DNA of 46,040 nt, taken from positions 1-46,040 of the IMG/VR virus record IMGVR_UViG_3300042863_000142, one strand, 5' to 3'. The notes beneath the pieces were generated by a model. It had not been told where the DNA came from. It saw nothing but the letters and a program-made list of their open reading frames with translations, and did not search any database. The translations under genes were made by a program, and so were the position numbers. The stretch comes from a virus. Lineage: Duplodnaviria; Caudoviricetes. Positions 1 to 9,161 of this stretch are shown in pieces (the stretch's first letter is position 1; every line of letters starts with the position of its first letter).

Positions 1-186
1 GCCAAGCAGGAAGGGTCACGGTTGAAAGCACTGGAACTGATGGGCAGAGCCGCTGGTATGTTCAACCACACCATCGAAGCAGTGACTGAGAAACCCAGCG
101 CAGAGCAGTTGCGCAGAGAGTTGTCGGGCCACCTCAAGCTGTTGGACAACGTGAAGCCTATGCCTAAGCGCAAGGCTGGCGTGTAA
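1..186 (+). CDS. terS: Terminase small subunit, C-terminal part (5' truncated by window edge)
   Basis: Frame 1 is open from base 1 to TAA at 184-186 (AKQEGSRLKALELMGRAAGMFNHT...). The KALELxGxxxGMF pattern is typical of phage TerS C-termini. Lies upstream of terL. Not in the ORF track. Confidence 0.65.
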   Translation, partial: AKQEGSRLKALELMGRAAGMFNHTIEAVTEKPSAEQLRRELSGHLKLLDNVKPMPKRKAGV

Positions 187-427
187 ACGCATGGCAACGG
201 TCATCCTCTCGTGCAGGGAACTGGCATCACCCCACCCGTACCCCACCCGCCTTTATGAGGGGGCACGGCCCCGCACGCGTATGCACTGGAATGCACACAA
301 CCAAATATGTTTCCCCAGAGACCACCCCCTTGCTCACCAAATTCCGACCCCCGGGGGGTACATATATTTTTCGGAACCCTTTGCGAACGTTCTGATTGAG
401 TGTAAACTCGTTTAAACGGAGGATGAG

Positions 428-658
428 ATGAACGCAGGTCATCAGTTGGTGTTGGACTTCATAAAAGCCTATGTACGTTTACACGGAGTGCCTCCGTCGT
501 ATTCTGTGATCGCACGCGGGTTGGGCTTGAAGAGTAAATCCAACATCCACCGGGTGATCCACATCTTGCAGGATGAGGGCTTGCTGGTGATCAAGCCCCA
601 CAAGTTCAACTCGATCAAGCTGATCGACCGCAGTGTGAAGGGGGTAGCTTCTCTATGA
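428..658 (+). CDS. LexA-like winged-helix DNA-binding protein (no protease domain)
   Basis: VLDFIKAYVRLHGVPPSYSVIARGLGLKSKSNIHRVIHILQDEG matches the LexA N-terminal domain pattern. GGAGG RBS upstream. Stop overlaps the terL start (ATGA). Confidence 0.85.
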   Translation: MNAGHQLVLDFIKAYVRLHGVPPSYSVIARGLGLKSKSNIHRVIHILQDEGLLVIKPHKFNSIKLIDRSVKGVASL

Positions 659-2148
659 TGTCTCGCGCAGAGGTGGAGAAGTACCGGGAGTTAATTCCGC
701 TGGTGGATGATCTTGAGCGTGCGAAGATCATGATGTTGCTTGAGTACGACAGGATTGAGAAGTGCAAAGAGTCGTTCATCTATTTCGCCTCCCACATGTG
801 GCCGGGGTTCATTTCCGGTAAACACCACCAGATCATGGCCAGCGCCTTTGAGCGCGTGGCCAAGGGAGAGTTGAAGAGGCTGATCATCAACATGCCTCCT
901 CGGCACACCAAGTCCGAGTTTGCCTCCTACCTGCTACCCGCTTGGTTTCTGGGGAAGTACCCTGAGAAGAAGATCATCCAGACTGCTCACACCGCAGAAC
1001 TGGCTGTGGGTTTTGGCCGAAAGGTGAGGAACTTGGTTTCCTCTGAAGCCTTCTCCCGGGTTTTTGACACCAAGCTGTCCTCTGATTCCAAGGCAGCAGG
1101 CCGTTGGAACACCGGAGCCGGGGGTGATTACTTCGCTATCGGTGTCGGCGGTGCGGTTACCGGTAAGGGTGCTGACCTGCTGATCATCGACGACCCCCAT
1201 TCGGAACAAGAAGCCAAGCAGGGAAACCCCGCAGTCTTCGATAACGTCTATGAGTGGTACACATCTGGCCCCCGTCAGCGTCTTCAGCCCGGTGGGGCCA
1301 TCATCATCGTGATGACCCGGTGGTCCAAGAGGGACTTGACCGGCCAAATCCTGAAAAACTCGGAAAAAGACGGTGTAAACGACTGGGAGGTCATCGAGTT
1401 CCCCGCCATTTTGCCGTCGGGTACTCCGCTGTGGCCCGGTTTTTGGAAGAAAGAGGAGCTGGAGGCCATCAAGGCTGAGATTCCCGTCTCCAAGTGGGAG
1501 GCCCAGTACCAACAGAACCCCACCTCCGAGGGAAACGCGATCATCAAGCGCGACAGCTGGCGGGTTTGGGAGTCGGAAATCGCCCCTCAGTGCGACTACG
1601 TCATCCAAAGCTGGGACACGGCCTTCGAGAAGTCGAACCGATCCGACTACTCGGCCTGCACCACATGGGGCGTCTTCGACCACCCCAACCAAAATGGCGA
1701 GATGAAGCCCAACATCATCTGCCTTGACTCGTTTAAAGCCCGCATGGAGTTCCCGGAGCTGAAGCAAAAGGCCCTCGAGCTGTATCAGGACTGGGAACCC
1801 GAAACCCTGATCATTGAAAAACGCGCCTCTGGCGCTCCGTTGATCTATGAACTCCGGCAGATCGGTGTTCCTGTTTCAGAGTACACACCGGGCAAGGGAA
1901 GCGATAAGATTGCGCGTGTAAACGCAATCTCCGATCTCTTTGCATCCGGCATCGTTTGGTGCCCGGACACAAGGTGGGCGGATGAGCTGATGGAGGAGCT
2001 CGCGGCCTTCCCCAACGGCGATCACGACGACCTTGTTGACTCAACAAGCCAAGCATTGCTCAGATTTAGGCGCGGCGGCTTCATCAGTCTCGATAGCGAC
2101 GAAGAAGATCAGCCAACCCTCCGCCGCAGAAAAGCGGCCTATTACTAA
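655..2148 (+). CDS. terL: Terminase large subunit
   Basis: Walker A-like MPPRHTKS, Walker B LLIIDDP, IIVMTRW coupling motif, nuclease motifs SWDTA and HDDLVD. Confidence 0.97.
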   Translation: MMSRAEVEKYRELIPLVDDLERAKIMMLLEYDRIEKCKESFIYFASHMWPGFISGKHHQIMASAFERVAKGELKRLIINMPPRHTKSEFASYLLPAWFLGKYPEKKIIQTAHTAELAVGFGRKVRNLVSSEAFSRVFDTKLSSDSKAAGRWNTGAGGDYFAIGVGGAVTGKGADLLIIDDPHSEQEAKQGNPAVFDNVYEWYTSGPRQRLQPGGAIIIVMTRWSKRDLTGQILKNSEKDGVNDWEVIEFPAILPSGTPLWPGFWKKEELEAIKAEIPVSKWEAQYQQNPTSEGNAIIKRDSWRVWESEIAPQCDYVIQSWDTAFEKSNRSDYSACTTWGVFDHPNQNGEMKPNIICLDSFKARMEFPELKQKALELYQDWEPETLIIEKRASGAPLIYELRQIGVPVSEYTPGKGSDKIARVNAISDLFASGIVWCPDTRWADELMEELAAFPNGDHDDLVDSTSQALLRFRRGGFISLDSDEEDQPTLRRRKAAYY

Positions 2149-2157
2149 GGTGTAAAC

Positions 2158-4566
2158 ATGGCAACGAACATTGACAAAGCGCTGTACCAACAACCCATGG
2201 GCTTGGCCGCAGAAAATCAAGAGCCTATCGAGATCGAGATCATCGACCCCGAGGCAGTCAACATCGACATGGGTGATTTGGAAATCAGCATCCAGAAGGG
2301 TGAGCCCAGCATCGATGACTTCGACGCCAACCTTGCCGAGTTTCTCCCAGAGAGCTCCATCCAGCTCATGGTCTCCGACTTGGACAGCGACATCGACAAC
2401 GATCGCAACTCCCGCAAGGAGTGGGAGAAAGCCTACGTCACCGGCTTGAAGCTCTTGGGCCTGCAGATCGAAGAGCGCACCGAGCCTTGGGATGGTGCCT
2501 CCGGTGTGTTCCACCCCATGATCACTGAGGCGGTTGTCCGCTTCCAGTCAGAGACCATCACCGAGACTTTCCCTGCGGCTGGTCCTGTGCGGACCAAGAT
2601 CATCGGCAAAGAGACCCCGGCCAAGAAAGAGGCCGCTCAGCGCGTCCAAGAGGACATGAACTTTCAGCTGACCGAGGTCATGCAAGAGTTCCGACCAGAA
2701 CATGAGCGCATGCTCTGGAGCCTCCCCGCCACCGGCTCGGCATTCAAGAAGGTCTACTTCGACCCCAGCATCGGCCGGCAGACCTCCATCTTCATCCCCG
2801 CAGAAGACATCCTTCTGCCCTACGGCACCTCAGACATCCAGAGCTGCTACCGCGTCACCCATGTGATGCGCAAGACCAAAAACGAAATTCTTGAACTGCA
2901 AAAGGCCGGCTTCTACCTCGATGTTGAGTTGGGCACCCCAGACCGCGCCATCGATGAAATTAACAAGGCCAAGGACAAAGAGACCGGCTTCGCCGACCTG
3001 AACGACGAGCGCTTCACCCTCCATGAGAGCCATGTCAAGCTGGTCTTCAAAGACGACCCTTTGGCCGATATGGACGAAGATGGCGAGCTCAGCGGAGTGG
3101 CCTTGCCCTACGTGGTGACCTACATCCGTGGGACAAACACTGTCTTGGCTATCCGCCGCAACTGGAACGAGGACGACAGCCTCCACCTGAAACGCCAGCA
3201 CTTCGTCCACTACCAGTACATCCCCGGCTTCGGTGCCTACGGCTTTGGCCTGTTCCACCTGATCGGCGGCTTTGCCAACTCGGCCACCAGCCTGATGCGT
3301 CAACTGATCGACGCAGGTACATTGAGCAACCTCCCCGGCGGTTTGAAGTCCCGTGGTCTGCGCATCAAGGGCGACGACACCCCAATCGCACCCGGCGAGT
3401 TCCGTGACGTGGATGTGGGCTCCGGCACGATCCGCGACAACATCCTGCCCCTGCCGTACAAGGAACCCAGTCAGGTTCTGATGACCCTGTTGGGCAGCAT
3501 CGTCGAAGAAGGCCGCCGCTTTGCCGCTACCGCAGATATGAAGATCAGCGACATGGGCGCGAATGCTCCCGTGGGCTCGACCCTCGCGCTGCTCGAGCGT
3601 CAGTTAAAGGTCATGACCGCCGTTCAGGCCCGTGTCCACTTCACCCTGAAGCAAGAACTCCAGCTCTTGGCTGTGATCATCCGCGACTACACGGACGACG
3701 AATACACCTACGAGCCGGACGGCGAAGAAGGCCCCCGCGCAAAGAAGAGCGACTACCGCAACGTGGACATCCTGCCCGTCAGCGATCCAAACGCAGCAAC
3801 CCTGTCCCAGCGCGTGGTTCAGTACCAAGCGGTCATCCAGCTGGCTCAGTCTGCACCGGACATCTACGACCTCCCACAACTCCACCGTGGAATGCTGGAC
3901 GTGCTGGGTATCAAGAACGCCGACAAACTCGTCCCAATGGACGAGGACCAGAAGCCAACCGACCCAGTGTCGGAGAACCAGAACCTGCTTAAGGGTAAAC
4001 CCGTAAAGGCGTTCCAGTATCAGGACCATGAGGCCCATATTCAGGTTCACATGTCGGCCATGAACGACCCGATCATCATGCAGCTGGTTGGCCAAAACCC
4101 ACGGGCACAGATGATTCAAGCCGCAGCAATGGCCCACATCTCAGAACACGTTGGCTTTGCCTACCGCCAGAAGATCGAGCAGCAGCTGGGCATGCCTTTG
4201 CCTCCAGAAGGCGAACCAATGCCTCCACAGATCGAGCTTGCCCTGTCCGGGATGATGGCTCAGGCTGCAAAGCAAGTTCTCCAGCAAAGCCAAACCATGG
4301 CAGCTCAAGAGCAGGCCCAACAGCAGGCTCAGGACCCTGTTGTTCAGATGCAACAGAAGGAGATGGAGCTCAAAGAGCGCGAGGTTGCCATCAAAGAAGC
4401 CGGCCTGCAGCTCAACCAACAAAAGCTTGCAGTCGATGCGGCCGACAAGGCGGACAAAACCGAGCTGGCCGAGAAGAGGCTGTCCATCGAAGCCGCCGAC
4501 AAGGTTGACAAGACTGATATTGCTGAATTTTTGGCCATGCGTAATTCACAGAAAGGCAACCAATGA
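2158..4566 (+). CDS. Portal protein
   Basis: 802 aa directly after terL. GSAFKKVYFD motif, Q-rich coiled-coil C-terminus typical of podovirus-type portals. Confidence 0.88.
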   Translation: MATNIDKALYQQPMGLAAENQEPIEIEIIDPEAVNIDMGDLEISIQKGEPSIDDFDANLAEFLPESSIQLMVSDLDSDIDNDRNSRKEWEKAYVTGLKLLGLQIEERTEPWDGASGVFHPMITEAVVRFQSETITETFPAAGPVRTKIIGKETPAKKEAAQRVQEDMNFQLTEVMQEFRPEHERMLWSLPATGSAFKKVYFDPSIGRQTSIFIPAEDILLPYGTSDIQSCYRVTHVMRKTKNEILELQKAGFYLDVELGTPDRAIDEINKAKDKETGFADLNDERFTLHESHVKLVFKDDPLADMDEDGELSGVALPYVVTYIRGTNTVLAIRRNWNEDDSLHLKRQHFVHYQYIPGFGAYGFGLFHLIGGFANSATSLMRQLIDAGTLSNLPGGLKSRGLRIKGDDTPIAPGEFRDVDVGSGTIRDNILPLPYKEPSQVLMTLLGSIVEEGRRFAATADMKISDMGANAPVGSTLALLERQLKVMTAVQARVHFTLKQELQLLAVIIRDYTDDEYTYEPDGEEGPRAKKSDYRNVDILPVSDPNAATLSQRVVQYQAVIQLAQSAPDIYDLPQLHRGMLDVLGIKNADKLVPMDEDQKPTDPVSENQNLLKGKPVKAFQYQDHEAHIQVHMSAMNDPIIMQLVGQNPRAQMIQAAAMAHISEHVGFAYRQKIEQQLGMPLPPEGEPMPPQIELALSGMMAQAAKQVLQQSQTMAAQEQAQQQAQDPVVQMQQKEMELKEREVAIKEAGLQLNQQKLAVDAADKADKTELAEKRLSIEAADKVDKTDIAEFLAMRNSQKGNQ

Positions 4567-4766
4567 GCGCAGAAATCGATTCTTTTGTCCGGGTTCTCAG
4601 GGAAAAAATCCGGGAGGACATGAACAACTACGCCGATGACGTGGCCACGGGCGTTTGTCAGGATTTTCATTCCTACAAGCAGCTCTGCGGGCTGATTCAA
4701 GGCTTGGCTCTCGCGGAGCGCCACATCTTGGACTTGGCGCGCAAGACTGAACAAGACGACGAATGA
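4563..4766 (+). CDS. Hypothetical protein (YxxxxGxIxGL small post-portal protein)
   Basis: ATGA overlap with the portal stop; YKQLCGLIQGL motif. Confidence 0.75.
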   Translation: MSAEIDSFVRVLREKIREDMNNYADDVATGVCQDFHSYKQLCGLIQGLALAERHILDLARKTEQDDE

Positions 4767-4801
4767 GAGATTTTTGATCTTCTGCCGAAAGGTGGACTGT
4801 T

Positions 4802-4825
4802 CGCCGCACAGCTTGCGGTGTTTTT
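4802..4825 (+). terminator. Possible weak intrinsic terminator or attenuator
   Basis: CGCCGCA-cagct-TGCGGTG stem followed by TTTTT. A second hairpin with a GAAA loop precedes it at 4781-4796. Confidence 0.45.
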
Positions 4826-4843
4826 AGAAAGTAGAGCAACCAG

Positions 4844-5278
4844 ATGAGTGAAATCATTCTGCCACCGGGCATCAGCCTGCCAAAACACATCCAACCGATC
4901 GAGGCCCCAGACGAGAGCGCGGATGCAGAGGAGAAAGCGTCGGCCCTGCCGGTCCCAACAGGCTACAAGCTGTTGTGCATCGTGCCAGAGGTTGATGAAA
5001 AGATTGCTGGCACATCCCTCGACCTCGTTCGAGATGCTGCAACCATGCGAGCCGAAGAACATGCCACCACCGTGCTGTGGGTCATGGCAGTCGGACCAGA
5101 TGCGTACAAAGACACCGCCAAGTTCCCCTCGGGTGCATGGTGCAAACCCGGTGACTTTGTGCTCGTGCGCACCTACACAGGTACGCGTTTCAAGGTGTTT
5201 GGTAAAGAGTTCAGGGTTCTGAACGACGACCAAATCGAATGTGTTGTTTTAGACCCCCGTGGGTACACCCGCGCCTAA
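4844..5278 (+). CDS. groES: GroES/Cpn10-like co-chaperonin
   Basis: PTGYKLLC...VMAVGPDAY...CKPGDFVL...YTGTRFKVFGKEFRVLNDDQIECVV follows the GroES fold signature. Confidence 0.85.
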   Translation: MSEIILPPGISLPKHIQPIEAPDESADAEEKASALPVPTGYKLLCIVPEVDEKIAGTSLDLVRDAATMRAEEHATTVLWVMAVGPDAYKDTAKFPSGAWCKPGDFVLVRTYTGTRFKVFGKEFRVLNDDQIECVVLDPRGYTRA

Positions 5279-5287
5279 GGAGCAAAA

Positions 5288-6235
5288 ATGGCTGGCTATA
5301 AATTCCCAGACGAAGTGGACAACGACAACGTTGACAACAAAGAAGGCCCCGACAACGAAGTCGAGGTGGAGATTGTTGACGACACCCCGGTCAAAGACCG
5401 TGGTCGAGAACCATTAAACCGTGAGGTGGCAGACCCCACCGACGAAGAAATCAGCAGCTACTCTGATGGCGTGCAAAAGCGCATCAAAGAGCTGACCCAT
5501 GCCCGTCATGACGAGCGCAGGGCAAAAGAGGCCCTTCTTCGAGAGAAGCAAGAGCTCGAGCGCCTCGCCCAGCACATGTCCAATGAGAATAAAAAGCTCA
5601 AAGAGTACGTCAAATCCGGCACGGAACAGTACGCAGAGTCCATCAAGAAGGTTGCCGAGAACGACTTGGAGTCAGCCAAGCGTAAGTACAAGGAAGCCTA
5701 CGAGTCCGGCGACTCTGATGCCTTGGTTGCAGCACAAGAGGCTATGACTGAAGCGAAGATGAAAACAGAAGCTGCAAAAAACTTTCGCGTGGCCCCTTTA
5801 CAGGCTGACGAAGTTGATGTACAAACACAACAAACGCAAGTACCTCGTCAAGAAGTCGATGACAAAACTGTTCGCTGGCAGGCAAAAAACCGGTGGTTCG
5901 GCGCTGACGGGTATGAGGAAGTTACCAGCTTTGCACTAGGGCTGCACCAGAAGCTAGTCAACTCGGGGGTAGACCCCCGCTCTGATGATTACTACGAGCG
6001 CATTGATGCTCGCATGAAGTCCACGTTTCCCGATATTTTTGGTGAGACCGAAGACAAGCCACGCTCCGGCGATGGCTCCAAACGACCTACCTCGGTTGTT
6101 GCCCCCGCGACTCGTTCAACGGGCGCAAGAAAGGTCCAACTCACTCCGACGCAGGTTGCGTTGGCAAAGAAGTATGGATTAACCCCGCAGCAATACGCTG
6201 CTGAAGTAGCAAAATTGGAGAAATCAAATGGCTGA
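5288..6235 (+). CDS. Putative capsid scaffolding protein
   Basis: Acidic N-terminus, long coiled coil, C-terminal helix (AKKYGLTPQQYA). Position between portal and capsid. AAGGAG RBS. Confidence 0.65.
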   Translation: MAGYKFPDEVDNDNVDNKEGPDNEVEVEIVDDTPVKDRGREPLNREVADPTDEEISSYSDGVQKRIKELTHARHDERRAKEALLREKQELERLAQHMSNENKKLKEYVKSGTEQYAESIKKVAENDLESAKRKYKEAYESGDSDALVAAQEAMTEAKMKTEAAKNFRVAPLQADEVDVQTQQTQVPRQEVDDKTVRWQAKNRWFGADGYEEVTSFALGLHQKLVNSGVDPRSDDYYERIDARMKSTFPDIFGETEDKPRSGDGSKRPTSVVAPATRSTGARKVQLTPTQVALAKKYGLTPQQYAAEVAKLEKSNG

Positions 6236-6677
6236 AAACCGGACACCTCGTGATCTTGAGTCACGCGCTAAGACAACTCGGTATGTGTACGCACCCCCGA
6301 GTGCATTGCCCGACCCGACACCCGAACCCGGATATGTGTATCGCTGGATTGCGACCCACGTTCTTGGTGAGGCCCAAAACACGAACGTGTCTACCAAGAT
6401 GCGCGAAGGTTGGGAGCCGGTAAAGGCGGTAGACCATCCAGAGCTGATGCTGGAAGGTAATGCGAAGACAGGCAACGTCGAATTGGGTGGTCTCATGCTC
6501 TGCAAGATGCCACGCGAACGCGCCCAAGCCCGTGATGAGTATTACTCCAACCAAGCAAAGGCCCAGATGGAATCTGTGGATAACAGCTTCATGCGAAACA
6601 ATGACCCACGCATGCCTCTGTTCGCTGACCGCAAGTCAACGACGAGTCGTGGTGGATTTGGTTCAGGTTCAAAGTAA
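6228..6677 (+). CDS. Hypothetical head-module protein
   Basis: Overlaps the upstream gene, GGAG RBS, YRWI...REGWEPV motif. Confidence 0.8.
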   Translation: MAENRTPRDLESRAKTTRYVYAPPSALPDPTPEPGYVYRWIATHVLGEAQNTNVSTKMREGWEPVKAVDHPELMLEGNAKTGNVELGGLMLCKMPRERAQARDEYYSNQAKAQMESVDNSFMRNNDPRMPLFADRKSTTSRGGFGSGSK

Positions 6678-6691
6678 CAAGGAGTCCTTAA

Positions 6692-7294
6692 ATGGCTACA
6701 ACCGCTTCCCCCTACGGCCTGCGTGCCGTAAACCGTAACGACGGCATGGCTTATGCCGGCGCTACGAGTCAGTTCCTGATTAACCCAGCAGGTCTGGCAT
6801 CCAACATTTTTAACGGCCAAGTCGTCATCATCAACGCTGCTGGTTACGTCGCCCTGTCTACCGCCACTGGCGCAGACTTGACGACCAACAACCTCGGCGG
6901 CGCTGATCTCGGCGCTTTGGGCGTGTTTGTTGGCTGCTCGTACATCAACGCACAAGGTCAGCAGATTTACGGCCAGTACTACCCCTCCGGCACAACCGGC
7001 GTGGTGACTGCATACGTGATCACCGACCCCAACGTGACTTTCCAAGCGCAGCTGGACGGCGTTGCCGACCAGTCGGACCTCGGTGCCAACACTTTCTTTG
7101 CCGCCGTGCAGAGCTCCAGCACTGGTTCTACCCAGACTGGCAACTCGAACAGCGCATTGGAGTCCACCACCCAGACCGCCGCTGCCGCGTTCAAGATCAT
7201 CGGTTTCGCTTCCCCAGTGACTGATGCCTTCCCTGACGTGTTGGTTAAGTTCAATCCCGGCGCTCACGCCTTCACCAACGCCGTTGGCATCTAA
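6692..7294 (+). CDS. Putative capsid decoration/minor capsid protein
   Basis: Ala/Gly/Thr-rich, beta-type composition; directly upstream of the major capsid gene; strong AAGGAG RBS. Confidence 0.6.
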   Translation: MATTASPYGLRAVNRNDGMAYAGATSQFLINPAGLASNIFNGQVVIINAAGYVALSTATGADLTTNNLGGADLGALGVFVGCSYINAQGQQIYGQYYPSGTTGVVTAYVITDPNVTFQAQLDGVADQSDLGANTFFAAVQSSSTGSTQTGNSNSALESTTQTAAAAFKIIGFASPVTDAFPDVLVKFNPGAHAFTNAVGI

Positions 7295-7305
7295 GGAGCT
7301 AAATC

Positions 7306-8238
7306 ATGGCTATTTCACGCGCACAACTGCTCAAAGAACTGCTCCCCGGCTTGAACGCTTTGTTCGGTCTGGAGTACGCTCGCTACGGCGAAGAGCACAA
7401 GGAAATCTACGAAACCGAGAGCTCTGAGCGCTCGTTCGAAGAAGAAACCAAGCTGGCCGGTTTTGGCGCTGCTCCTGTCAAGAACGAAGGCTCTGCCATC
7501 GCTTACGACAACGCGCAGGAAGCCTTCACTGCTCGCTACACCCACGAAACCATCGCTTTGGGCTTCTCCATCACTGAAGAAGCTGTGGAAGACAACCTGT
7601 ACGACAGTCTGTCTGCCCGCTACACCAAGGCTTTGGCTCGCGGTATGGCCTTCACCAAGCAGGTCAAGGCAGCTTCTGTTTTGAACACCGGCTTCTCTGG
7701 CGCTGCCCCCGGTGGCGACGGCGTGTCTTTGTTCGGCAACAACAGCTCCGGCACTCGTGTTGGTCACCCGCTGGTTGGTGGTGGTGTTAACTTCAACAGC
7801 CCAGCTACTCCTTCTGACTTGAATGAGACTGCACTGGAAAACGCAACGATCCAAATCGCTGCTTGGGTTGATGAGCGCGGCCTGCTGATCGCAGCCAAGC
7901 CTGTTAAGTTGGTGATTCCTCCATCGCTCATGTTCGTTGCCAAGCGTCTGCTTGACACCGAATTGCGCGTGGCTACCGCCGACAACGACATCAACGCGTT
8001 GAAGCAGATGGGCACCATCTCGGCCGGTTATACCGTCAACCACTTCTTGACCGACAACAACGCTTGGTTCTTGACCACAGACGTTCCAAACGGCCTGAAG
8101 CACTTCGAGCGCTCTGCCCTGCAGACCTCGATGGACGGCGACTTCGACACTGGTAACGTCCGTTACAAAGCCCGCGAGCGTTACAGCTTCGGCTTCTCGG
8201 ACCCGCTGGGTATCTTCGGCTCTTCAGGTTCGGCCTGA
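7306..8238 (+). CDS. Major capsid protein (HK97 fold, Mu gpT-like)
   Basis: 310 aa, strongly biased codons, AAGGAG RBS, KLVIPPSL and RYKARERYSFG motifs, followed by a terminator. Confidence 0.9.
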   Translation: MAISRAQLLKELLPGLNALFGLEYARYGEEHKEIYETESSERSFEEETKLAGFGAAPVKNEGSAIAYDNAQEAFTARYTHETIALGFSITEEAVEDNLYDSLSARYTKALARGMAFTKQVKAASVLNTGFSGAAPGGDGVSLFGNNSSGTRVGHPLVGGGVNFNSPATPSDLNETALENATIQIAAWVDERGLLIAAKPVKLVIPPSLMFVAKRLLDTELRVATADNDINALKQMGTISAGYTVNHFLTDNNAWFLTTDVPNGLKHFERSALQTSMDGDFDTGNVRYKARERYSFGFSDPLGIFGSSGSA

Positions 8239-8245
8239 TAAAAAT

Positions 8246-8274
8246 AAAAAGGGGGCTTCGGCCCTCTTTTTTAT
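8246..8274 (+). terminator. Intrinsic terminator, probably bidirectional
   Basis: AAAAA-GGGGGC-TTCG-GCCCTC-TTTTTT: GC stem, UUCG loop, flanking A and T tracts. Confidence 0.9.
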
Positions 8275-8302
8275 TGCGTCAGTTTAAACGCGATGGTATA
8301 TT
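8274..8302 (+). promoter_or_regulatory. Sigma70-type promoter with GTTTAAAC in the spacer
   Basis: TTGCGT (8274-8279), 17-bp spacer, TGn extension, TATATT (8297-8302). Confidence 0.65.
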
Positions 8303-8311
8303 TCAAACACT

Positions 8312-8384
8312 CCGGGCTTTCCGGTGTATCTGACAGTCCCGGCTGACGACATGCAGACAGATACGCCCAACTTGCATGTAAGGA
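8312..8384 (+). ncRNA. Candidate structured 5' leader RNA (double pseudoknot)
   Basis: Three crossing helices: 8312-8316/8338-8342, 8323-8332/8358-8367, 8349-8356/8372-8379. The last abuts the AAGGA RBS. Confidence 0.6.
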
Positions 8385-8391
8385 CCACATC

Positions 8392-8991
8392 ATGGCATTG
8401 ACCACATTCTCCGGCCCAGTCTCTTCCCTCAATGGCTTTATCGGTGGCACATCCGCCAGCCCAATTGAAGAAACAACTGCGGGCAACGTATCCGAGTTTT
8501 ACGTTACGACCTCAGCCGCTACTGGCGATACACGTTTGTCGTACAACCGGCTGACCTTTACCTCTACAGGTTCTGGCGAGACTATTCGTGCTTTGACCCG
8601 AGTAACGGGCGCTAACGGCGCTACAGGCGGCACAATTAACGGTGCTCACATCTCTACTTCAATCAACACGGGCGGCACAATCTCTGGTGCGGCTAACGCT
8701 ATTCGTGCAACCTTAGGAGGCTCCGTAGCTTCTCCCGGCGGTACTTTGGCTGTTCTGCAGTTGGACACAGATTATTCTGTTAACGCTACTTTGCCCGGCA
8801 CAGCTTCGTTTATTCGCGTGACTGACAGCGGCGCAAACACAGGGGAAGTTCCTTTGTTGATGAACATTGAAACAGCCCCCGCTGCTACGATTGCGCCTAC
8901 AGCAACCAGCGTGACTACTGTAGCCAAAGCAATCAAAGTGATGATTGGCGGCACTGTGTACTACGTTCCTGCGTACTCGACCTTTGCATAA
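8392..8991 (+). CDS. Hypothetical virion protein (possible head fibre/decoration)
   Basis: MALTTFSGPV N-terminus, Thr/Gly/Ala-rich, C-terminal IKVMIGGTVYYVP. Confidence 0.75.
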   Translation: MALTTFSGPVSSLNGFIGGTSASPIEETTAGNVSEFYVTTSAATGDTRLSYNRLTFTSTGSGETIRALTRVTGANGATGGTINGAHISTSINTGGTISGAANAIRATLGGSVASPGGTLAVLQLDTDYSVNATLPGTASFIRVTDSGANTGEVPLLMNIETAPAATIAPTATSVTTVAKAIKVMIGGTVYYVPAYSTFA

Positions 8992-9161
8992 TGCAGATCA
9001 CCAAGGAATTCTTGGAATCTGAGATTCGTGATCTTGAGACTGAAGCGCAGAAGGCCCAAACCTTTTTAGCTCAGGCTCAAGCCACAATCCAAGCGTACAA
9101 GATGCTCATTAACAGGCTAGACGCACCAGAACCGGAGCAACAAAATGACGATGCAATTTGA
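8991..9161 (+). CDS. Small coiled-coil protein, 56 aa (possible fibre chaperone)
   Basis: TAATG coupling to the upstream gene; MQITKEFLESEIRDLETEAQKAQ... fills the gap exactly. Below the ORF track size cut-off. Confidence 0.7.
   Translation: MQITKEFLESEIRDLETEAQKAQTFLAQAQATIQAYKMLINRLDAPEPEQQNDDAI

Noticed and set aside
16-442. ORFs 16-246 (-), 191-415 (+) and 227-442 (-)
   Set aside because: Bases 1-186 are better explained by the terS 3' end; the others lack a clear RBS and have no recognisable motifs.
655-8238. Introns, inteins or stop-codon reassignment in core genes
   Set aside because: terL, portal and capsid are uninterrupted and of ordinary length under the standard code.
8312-8384. 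Assigning the leader to SAM-II/SAM-V, HDV-like ribozyme or tRNA
   Set aside because: I could not match the conserved nucleotides or topology of these families by eye; left as an unassigned structure.
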